Origin: Fimbriimonadia bacterium | GTDB lineage: Bacteria > Armatimonadota > Fimbriimonadia > Fimbriimonadales > JABRVX01 | Direction: 5' to 3' | DNA: 17,539 bases | Assembly (NCBI GenBank): GCA_041483895.1 | Contig: JBGPGO010000032.1 | Coordinates: forward strand, 1-17,539 | Shown here: in pieces, positions 1 to 6,307 of the stretch | Layout: every line of letters begins with the position of its first letter | Position numbering within the stretch: position 1 is the stretch's first letter | Notes under the pieces: generated by a model | Seen by the model: only the letters and a program-made list of their open reading frames with translations | Told to the model about the DNA's origin: nothing | The model's database searches: none | Program-made: the position numbers and the translations under genes

Positions 1-362
1 CCGGAAACCGCACCTGAGAAATCCCCATAGATGAATGCATATCCATTAATGTGGGCGGGTGCGAGAATCGGCAGAGCGTCCTGCCACTCTTCGGGGATGA
101 GCCCAGTGGCGTCAAAGCCAAGCGGGAAATAAAACCCATCGTTGTAGGTAATCTCGGTATAGATGGGAAGCCTCTCGCCGGATGCCTGTGCCACGACACC
201 ATTATCGACTCGACCGATGTGGTCGGGACCAACGGTAACGCTAATGTGGCGAAGCTGAGTTCCTGCCGGAATCGGCGTGGGAATCATTTTGCCGGGATCA
301 GCAAAGACGGAAACACCGAACGACACTGCACAAAGCAGCGTCAATGAACGAGTAATTGTCAT
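1..362 (-). CDS. Secreted hypothetical protein, 5' part only (runs off the window start)
   Basis: Hand translation from ATG at 362 is open to base 1: MTITRSLTLLCAVSFGVSVFA-DPGKMIPTPIPAG...HINGYAFIYGDFSGAVS. Sec-type signal peptide ending VFA, AAAGGA ribosome-binding site upstream, promoter at 420-448. Missing from the ORF track because it is truncated. Confidence 0.8.
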   Translation of the reverse strand, partial: MTITRSLTLLCAVSFGVSVFADPGKMIPTPIPAGTQLRHISVTVGPDHIGRVDNGVVAQASGERLPIYTEITYNDGFYFPLGFDATGLIPEEWQDALPILAPAHINGYAFIYGDFSGAVS

Positions 363-416
363 TTCGCAGAGTCCTTTCTAGCTCTTCAAACTAGTCGGTC
401 AACTGAGAAAACCTTC

Positions 417-448
417 ATTATAGTATCAGAAAGTTCTCGATTTGTCAA
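417..448 (-). promoter_or_regulatory. Sigma70-type promoter for the gene at 1..362
   Basis: Minus strand TTGACA (448-443), 17-nt spacer, TACTAT (425-420) with extended TGn, plus an overlapping TATAAT (422-417). Confidence 0.7.
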
Positions 449-571
449 GCTGAATCTAACCGAACAGCCCTGAGAGTTGGCAGAAATGACGGTTCGAACG
501 CCACGGTTGCCTGAAGCGAACAAGCAATAGTTCTGATATTTCGGTCGGAGCTAGTATCGAAGCAGGTATTT

Positions 572-2026
572 TTACTGTGCGGATTGAGAAATGTTTTCGC
601 CGTCGCAAGAGATAACAATCTCTTGGTCGTCCGACAAGGTCTGCAAGTGGACCGGACGGCCCCAAAGGAAGGAGATGTTGCGCAGGGTTCGGGAAGTGTA
701 GTCGTGGTCGAGGGCACGTCCATCAAAATGGTGCTTCAACAGCAGCTCGCCACGATTCTCGTAGTCCCCATCTTCCACAGTGATGTACGGGGCGCCAAGA
801 TTGGTGAACTGAGAGACCATGGCATCTCGCACCTTCCGCCAGTCCGTGTCTTGAACCACCCATACCAGCTCGCCATTGACCTCTTCCATCTTATAGGTGA
901 AGAGGTCCATCCTGCGGACCAGCCCTTCGGTCAGGTACCGGCTGAGAAATGTCTGGTCGTTGTCGGTCGCGCGCACCTCGAAAATCTTCTGGCGTCCCTT
1001 TCCGACGGGCCGAACGATTGTGTCCCCCTGCCAATCGGTCTCCGGCTGGTCGTTCGGGTCCGGCTCCCCGTCCCATCGCCGCTCGATATCCTTGAACATC
1101 TGGAAGCCCACGTAGTACGGGTTCAGGTTCATTCGTCCTCCCGGGGACAGAACGGAGGAGTGCATGGTCCGAAACTCCAGGATTTCCGACGTGGTAAGCG
1201 GCAGAGTTTCCATGATGGCCTCATGCCAATAAGAGGCCCAGCCTTCGTTCATGATCTTGGTTCGCATTTGTGGCAGGAAGTAGATCATTTCCTCGCGCAG
1301 GATCTCGATGATGTCTCTCTGCCACGGCTCCAGCTCCCGCGAGTAATCGCGAATGAACAGCAGAATGTCCTTTTCCGGTTCCGGAGGGTTTTTCCTTGGC
1401 TTCGCGCTCCCTTGCTGCTTAGCGTCGGCCAGATAGAAGAGGTCGTCATATTCCGTTGGGTTCGAAATGCCGACCTGCTTGCGATCCCGCTCGTATTCTT
1501 CTTGGCTCTTTTTGCGAAATACGGTCGCACTCGGGTCCATGTGCTCTTGGATTGACATGGCGGCGTCAATAAATCGTTCGACGACCAGCGGCCCATGCTC
1601 TTGCTCGTATTGATGCATTCGATTCGCATGCAGCCGCGCTTTTTCGACCATCATTCGATCGGTCGGCAGGAAGTACGCATTATGCCGGAAGAAGTCGCTG
1701 TGGCCGTAGCAGTGCGCCACGATGAGCTTGTGGCTCAGCATGGAATTGCTATCCAGCAAGAACGCCTGGGACGGGTCTGTGTTGAAAATTATTTCGTATA
1801 TCTTGGAGAGGCCATATTCATAGCTTGTCTTCATTCGATGGTAATCCCGGCCGAAAGACCAATGGGAAAAGCGAGCCGGTACCCCATAGGCGCCGAGCTC
1901 GTAAATGACATGATCGGGCACGACCTCGAAATGAATCGGGAATGGATCGAGGCCCAACTCGAGGGCTTTTTCATAGATGATCTCGATCCAGCGCGTCAGC
2001 TCATCTCGTTCGGATCGCGTCATCAT
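572..2026 (-). CDS. spoVR: SpoVR/YcgB family protein (484 aa)
   Basis: Motifs YGVPARFSHWSFGRDY, GLSKIYEIIFN, AHCYGHSDFF, TKIMNEGWASYWH, LNPYYVG and GELLLKHHFDG. Third gene of the operon. Start moved to ATG 2026, which overlaps the yhbH stop (ATGA). Confidence 0.95.
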   Translation of the reverse strand: MMTRSERDELTRWIEIIYEKALELGLDPFPIHFEVVPDHVIYELGAYGVPARFSHWSFGRDYHRMKTSYEYGLSKIYEIIFNTDPSQAFLLDSNSMLSHKLIVAHCYGHSDFFRHNAYFLPTDRMMVEKARLHANRMHQYEQEHGPLVVERFIDAAMSIQEHMDPSATVFRKKSQEEYERDRKQVGISNPTEYDDLFYLADAKQQGSAKPRKNPPEPEKDILLFIRDYSRELEPWQRDIIEILREEMIYFLPQMRTKIMNEGWASYWHEAIMETLPLTTSEILEFRTMHSSVLSPGGRMNLNPYYVGFQMFKDIERRWDGEPDPNDQPETDWQGDTIVRPVGKGRQKIFEVRATDNDQTFLSRYLTEGLVRRMDLFTYKMEEVNGELVWVVQDTDWRKVRDAMVSQFTNLGAPYITVEDGDYENRGELLLKHHFDGRALDHDYTSRTLRNISFLWGRPVHLQTLSDDQEIVISCDGENISQSAQ

Positions 2027-3189
2027 GCCCGTTCCACCAGATCCGGATGCTTTGAGAAGAACTGTTTGAGGGCCGGCCAGACGTCTTCCTTCTTCGAGAT
2101 CTTTACTACCACAAGCCGACTGTCGTCTTCGAACGCCTCGATGAAGGCCTGGCCGAGCGGAGCGTAACCAGACTGTTGGCTCCAGACGTCGCTGGCAATT
2201 TCTCCGTAGCCGACCAGATTGCTGTGACCCAAGAGTTCTCGTACCAGGTCCACGCACTCCTGATCCCCCCAGTTATAACCGTCGGAGAAGAGGAACGGAT
2301 AGATGTTCCACTCGCGGCTGTTGTATCGCTTCTCGATCAGCTCCAGCGCCAGCTTGTAGGCCGCGGAGAGTTTGGTGCCTCCCGAATCGCCGGCGGCGAA
2401 GAATTCGTGCTCCGTGACCTCCTTGGCCTCCGTGTGGCAGGTAATGAAGACGATATCCACTCCCGTGTAATGTTTGCGAAGGAAGCGAACCATCCAGTAG
2501 TAGAAGCTGCGACAGATATATGCCTCAAACTCGCCCATCGAACCGGAAACGTCCCGCATGGCAAATACGACGGCGTTTCGCCTCGGCTCGCGAACCACTT
2601 CCCAGGTCCGGTACCGATGGTCTTCCGGAAGGACATCCCAACTCGGCTTTCCATCCCTTGCATTTCGCTTCCACGCCTCGATGAGCGTCCGCTTCCGGTC
2701 AAGGTTGGATTGGAGCCCTTTGCGGGCGATGGAGTTGAACTCGTCCTGGTCCGCGACAATGGTGTCGGTACCTTTGTCTTTCAGGTCCGGCAAGTGCAGG
2801 TCCTCGAACACCATCTCCGCCAGCTCTTCAATGGTGAACTCGGCCTCATAGAAATCGACTCCCGGCTCTTGCCCCGCCTGCTTACCTTGGCCATCGCCCT
2901 TTTGCTTCGACCGGCCAATGATGTCGCCGGGCTTGGTGTTGCCGTCGCCTTGGCCGACGCCGGTGCCTTCGTTGGGGTCAAATCGAATGCGAGGCAGTTC
3001 CAGGCCGCGAACGGGGACCTTCACGATTCGCCCGTTGTCGGCCGTGATGATGTCCTGCTGCGAGATGATCTCGCCGAGGTTCTGCCGGATCACCTCTTTC
3101 AGCTTTTCGTTATGGCGCATCCGGTCACGGTCCGCACGTCGATGCAGATCCCAAGGGTCGGTGCTGAGAGAATAGCCTGGATTGCTCAT
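2023..3189 (-). CDS. yhbH: YhbH/YeaH (DUF444) family protein with vWA-like domain (388 aa)
   Basis: N-terminus DPWDLHRRADRDRMRHNEKLKEVIRQNL, Gly-rich GVGQGDG linker, MIDAS-like DVSGSM, SGGTKLSAAY, WNIYPFLFSDG. Lies between prkA and spoVR. Confidence 0.93.
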   Translation of the reverse strand: MSNPGYSLSTDPWDLHRRADRDRMRHNEKLKEVIRQNLGEIISQQDIITADNGRIVKVPVRGLELPRIRFDPNEGTGVGQGDGNTKPGDIIGRSKQKGDGQGKQAGQEPGVDFYEAEFTIEELAEMVFEDLHLPDLKDKGTDTIVADQDEFNSIARKGLQSNLDRKRTLIEAWKRNARDGKPSWDVLPEDHRYRTWEVVREPRRNAVVFAMRDVSGSMGEFEAYICRSFYYWMVRFLRKHYTGVDIVFITCHTEAKEVTEHEFFAAGDSGGTKLSAAYKLALELIEKRYNSREWNIYPFLFSDGYNWGDQECVDLVRELLGHSNLVGYGEIASDVWSQQSGYAPLGQAFIEAFEDDSRLVVVKISKKEDVWPALKQFFSKHPDLVERA

Positions 3190-3224
3190 TTTAGAATTCC
3201 GCTATTGGGAGAGCGACCAGAAGC

Positions 3225-3246
3225 GCGAGAGCGATTCGCCTCTCGC
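3225..3246. other. Intercistronic stem-loop between prkA and yhbH
   Basis: GCGAGAG (3225-3231) pairs with CTCTCGC (3240-3246). No U-tract, so a stabiliser or pause site is more likely than a terminator. Confidence 0.4.
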
Positions 3247-3270
3247 CCGCACACGTCCAGCGCCCCCCTC

Positions 3271-5196
3271 TTATCGGTTGAGCAAGGTTCCCACATACCG
3301 GAGCACTTCGTTGGCGCAGTGCACGCAGTAACCCTGCTCCGAAACCATCCGGTCGACAACCTCGTTGACTTTCCGGAGTTGGTCTTCATCGGGCGTCTTG
3401 GAGCTGGTCGTGATTTTCACCACGTCCTTCATATCGGCGAACAGCTTCTTTTCGACAGCCTCCTTGAGGCGTTCATCGCTTGTGATGTCGAAGCTGCCAC
3501 CCCGCCGCGCCAGAGACGCTACCGATCGCATGATTCCCTCGCGGAATTCGCGCTTGGCGTTTTCCGTCACACCGATCTGTTCTTCTATCGCCCGCATCAG
3601 GCGCTCATCCGGTTCGACTTCCTCACCGGTGATGGGGTCCTTCACCTTCGTGCGGTTGCAGAACGCGTCGACGTTGTCGAGGTAGTTCTCCATGAGCGTT
3701 TTCGCTGCCTGCTCATAGGAGTAGACAAAGGCGCGCTGCACTTCCTTCTTGACCATGTCGTCGTACTCTTTGCGAGTCTCGTCGATAAATCCCAGAAGCT
3801 TCTTGCGCTCTTCGTCGTTTGAGGTGTATTCATGAAGTCCGTCTCGGAGAGACCGCAGGACATCGATCGCATTGACGCATGCTTTCCCTTTAACAAGCGC
3901 GGACGAAATCCGGTTGATGATGAAGCGCGGCGAAACGCCCTGCATCCCCTCGTCCTGATACTCCTCCCGGAGCTCTTTTACATGCCGCTGATCCCAATCG
4001 CCGACCTGCTTCTCGCCATCATAGAGCTTCAGCTTCGTGGCCAGGCTGAGGCCCGACTTCTTGCTCGGCTTCAGCCGGCTGAAGATGGCGAACATGCTTC
4101 CCATCCGCAGCGCGTTCGGGGCGATGTGCACCTTCGTCAGGTCCTTGGTGTCTTCGCTGAACTGGGACTGACCGATCAGCTTTTCATAGATTTTGATCTC
4201 TTCCGTCAGCCGCAGGTTGTACGGGACGCGGACGACCCAGATGCGGTCAATCATCGCCTCGTTCTCCTTGTTGCTGAAGTAAGAATTGTATTCGAACTCG
4301 TTGGTGTGGGCGATCACCGCGACGTCGGTGTAGATGAGAGCGAACCGGCCCACCTTGATCATCTGCTCGCCGGCTACCGTGTTCAGCTCGTACAGGAACC
4401 GTTTGTCGGACTTGAGCATTTCGATGAACTCCATCATGCCGCGGTTAGCCTTGTTGAGCTCGCCATCGAAGTTGTATGCCCTCGGATCCGACTCGACGCC
4501 ATATTGGGTCAATGCGGAGATGTTTACGCTGCCGGTCAGTTCCGCGACATCCTGGCTCTTCGGATCGCTGGGCTTGAACGTGCCGATTCCGCACCGTTCG
4601 CGCTCGGAGAAGAGAACGCGGTAGACCGGAACATCATGGATGTTGCTGCCCCACTCATGCGCGAGGCGATATCGGCAGACCGGGCAGAGGTCGCCCTCTA
4701 TCTGAATTCCAAATCGCTTCTTGAAGTCCGGCCGCAGCTCTTCGGGCACCAGGTGCAGCGGCTCTTCATGCATCGGACAACCTTCGATGGAATAGACCGC
4801 GCCTTCGTCCGTTTTGGAGAATTTCTCCAGCCCTCGCTTGAACAGGGTCACGAGCGTGGACTTTCCACCGCCGACGGGTCCAACCAGCATGAGGATGCGC
4901 TTGCGAACGTCCAGCCGCCGGGCTGCCGGGGCGAAGTATTCGTCGACGATTAGCTGCAGGCTGTGTTCAAGGCCGAATATCTCATCAGCGAAGAAGCTGT
5001 ATTTTGGGGGCTTGCCTTCCTCCTCCTCGAAACCCGAGGACCGAACCATATCGAACAGGCGAGCGTGGCTGAGGTCTGCAACCCTTGGGTTTCTCTCCAC
5101 GATTTCGAGATAGTCGGCAAAAGAACCCTGCCAGGCCAACTGAATGTCCTGGCTCCTCTGGTCCTCGATCTGCTTTATGAAGTCCCCTGTACTCAT
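3271..5196 (-). CDS. prkA: PrkA/YeaG family AAA+ serine protein kinase (641 aa)
   Basis: Walker A GPVGGGKS, GCPMHEEPL, SDPKSQDVAELTGS, SDPRAYNFDGELNKANRGMMEFIEMLK, EGMQGVSPRF. GGGGAGG ribosome-binding site upstream. Confidence 0.96.
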   Translation of the reverse strand: MSTGDFIKQIEDQRSQDIQLAWQGSFADYLEIVERNPRVADLSHARLFDMVRSSGFEEEEGKPPKYSFFADEIFGLEHSLQLIVDEYFAPAARRLDVRKRILMLVGPVGGGKSTLVTLFKRGLEKFSKTDEGAVYSIEGCPMHEEPLHLVPEELRPDFKKRFGIQIEGDLCPVCRYRLAHEWGSNIHDVPVYRVLFSERERCGIGTFKPSDPKSQDVAELTGSVNISALTQYGVESDPRAYNFDGELNKANRGMMEFIEMLKSDKRFLYELNTVAGEQMIKVGRFALIYTDVAVIAHTNEFEYNSYFSNKENEAMIDRIWVVRVPYNLRLTEEIKIYEKLIGQSQFSEDTKDLTKVHIAPNALRMGSMFAIFSRLKPSKKSGLSLATKLKLYDGEKQVGDWDQRHVKELREEYQDEGMQGVSPRFIINRISSALVKGKACVNAIDVLRSLRDGLHEYTSNDEERKKLLGFIDETRKEYDDMVKKEVQRAFVYSYEQAAKTLMENYLDNVDAFCNRTKVKDPITGEEVEPDERLMRAIEEQIGVTENAKREFREGIMRSVASLARRGGSFDITSDERLKEAVEKKLFADMKDVVKITTSSKTPDEDQLRKVNEVVDRMVSEQGYCVHCANEVLRYVGTLLNR

Positions 5197-5252
5197 TTGT
5201 CTACTACCCTCCCCGCATCGAACGGCGGGTCATTATTATCCGCAAATACCGT

Positions 5253-5286
5253 TCGAGCCTCGACCTGTGCTGGGATCGAGGCTCGA
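5253..5286. promoter_or_regulatory. 11-bp perfect inverted repeat in the prkA leader
   Basis: TCGAGCCTCGA (5253-5263) and TCGAGGCTCGA (5276-5286) with a 12-nt loop. Confidence 0.5.
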
Positions 5287-5314
5287 TTTCAAGTCGAATT
5301 GGCTCGCCTGCACT

Positions 5315-5416
5315 TCACCCAGGTCGCCCGCCTCCCCAGCCCCCAGCGACCCGGCGCAGAACCCTGTCGCCGTTCGCTCCCGTCTCCTTCGCCGTCACAC
5401 AGAAAGCATTGGTCAT
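5315..5416 (-). CDS. Candidate 33-aa leader peptide (uORF) upstream of prkA
   Basis: GGAG, 8-nt spacer, ATG at 5416. Encodes MTNAFCVTAKETGANGDRVLRRVAGGWGGGRPG then TGA. No homolog recognised. Confidence 0.35.
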   Translation of the reverse strand: MTNAFCVTAKETGANGDRVLRRVAGGWGGGRPG

Positions 5417-5541
5417 CGTTTCGTCTCCACTATGAAATACGACGCGACCAACACACTCTGCGCCAACCCAAATTCCTGTTTCCACATAAAGTCCCAATAT
5501 CTATCAAGGGTTTTGGCCCATTGATGCTCATTTCCATTAGA

Positions 5542-5569
5542 TTAGACTCGCGAAATCGCCCCGAAGTTC
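5542..5569 (-). promoter_or_regulatory. Putative ECF-sigma (RpoE/AlgU-like) promoter for the prkA operon
   Basis: Minus strand GAACTT (5569-5564), 17-nt spacer, TCTAA (5546-5542). Confidence 0.45.
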
Positions 5570-5654
5570 GTTTCCTGGGACGATTACCGGCACAATTTGT
5601 CTACTACCGATCCCAGGCCCACTGCCGCTTCTCGGGGCATACCCTGGGGAGGAC

Positions 5655-5680
5655 GGAACATTTCGCTTTATTTGGTCGTC
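5655..5680 (+). promoter_or_regulatory. Putative ECF-sigma promoter for the divergent gene at 5743
   Basis: GGAAC (5655-5659), 17-nt spacer, CGTC (5677-5680). Confidence 0.3.
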
Positions 5681-5742
5681 GGTCCAAATGTGAAGGGTGC
5701 GGTATTACGTGATCCGGGAAGCCTATGGAGAGCGAGGTTCCC

Positions 5743-6138
5743 ATGAAGATGAAAGGTATAGCGGCGTTCATAGTCGCGCTTGGGATTGCGATGTCAGGCT
5801 GGGGCCAGGAAGACCGGCAGCTTGCCCAGTCATTCGGAGGCAGAGTCCTATTCTATTGCTGGAATGGGGCCGCCGGCCTCACCCAGGAACAAAGGATGCG
5901 CGTTTTCGATAAAAGGCTGATCGATATCCTCGCCTATACGCATCTTGGGCCACGGGACGTTCGTATCCGAGTGCGCCCTGGATGCCGTGAGATTATCGTG
6001 AAGAATCACCTTTTGGTAACCGTAACTCCGGAGGATGCAAGCGCCTACGGCTGGTCGATGGACCAGGTTGCGGCTCATTGGCAGGAATCGATACGCGGTC
6101 AGATTTCCGCAATACATCTCTTGCCCCAACAGGTTTAG
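5743..6138 (+). CDS. Small exported hypothetical protein (~131 aa)
   Basis: GAGG ribosome-binding site and signal peptide MKMKGIAAFIVALGIAMSGWG-Q. The C-terminal LLVTVTPEDASAYG...AAHWQESIR resembles the extracytoplasmic N-terminal module of some MscS-family proteins (recalled similarity). Alternative start at 5725. Confidence 0.8.
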   Translation: MKMKGIAAFIVALGIAMSGWGQEDRQLAQSFGGRVLFYCWNGAAGLTQEQRMRVFDKRLIDILAYTHLGPRDVRIRVRPGCREIIVKNHLLVTVTPEDASAYGWSMDQVAAHWQESIRGQISAIHLLPQQV

Positions 6139-6163
6139 GCACCAGACGATACAATCTCACAAA

Positions 6164-6191
6164 GTCCCGGTCGGGCTAGCCCGACCGGGAC
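6164..6191. terminator. 28-bp perfect palindrome, probable terminator or REP-like hairpin
   Basis: GTCCCGGTCGGGCT|AGCCCGACCGGGAC, 25 nt after the 6138 stop. Only a short T run, and that on the minus strand. Confidence 0.55.
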
Positions 6192-6307
6192 GCCATCTTG
6201 CGAACGAAAGTACTCTTACATCTAAGCTGTTTTTCCTACCTGGCCAATTAACTAATCAACCCTCCACGATTTAGAGCGTGAGCGAATGCAATAGGGGTTG
6301 TGAAGTT

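Noticed and set aside
2027..2257. 77-aa N-terminal extension of SpoVR in the ORF track
   Set aside because: It overlaps the yhbH coding region, and family similarity begins at the ATG overlapping the yhbH stop.
584..4953. Long plus-strand ORFs 584..1555, 1595..2167, 2176..3822 and 3832..4953
   Set aside because: They are antisense shadows of spoVR, yhbH and prkA, expected with GC-rich codon usage, and show no recognisable motifs.
5445..5605. Sigma54 promoter for prkA, by analogy with E. coli yeaGH
   Set aside because: The candidate GG...GC pairs (TGGCCCATTGATGC, CGGCACAATTTG, TGGCGCAGAGTG) lack the required GG-N10-GC spacing.
4963..5712. Plus-strand ORFs 4963..5712 and 5144..5524
   Set aside because: They overlap prkA antisense and the regulatory region, with Arg/Pro/Ser-rich composition typical of non-coding frames.
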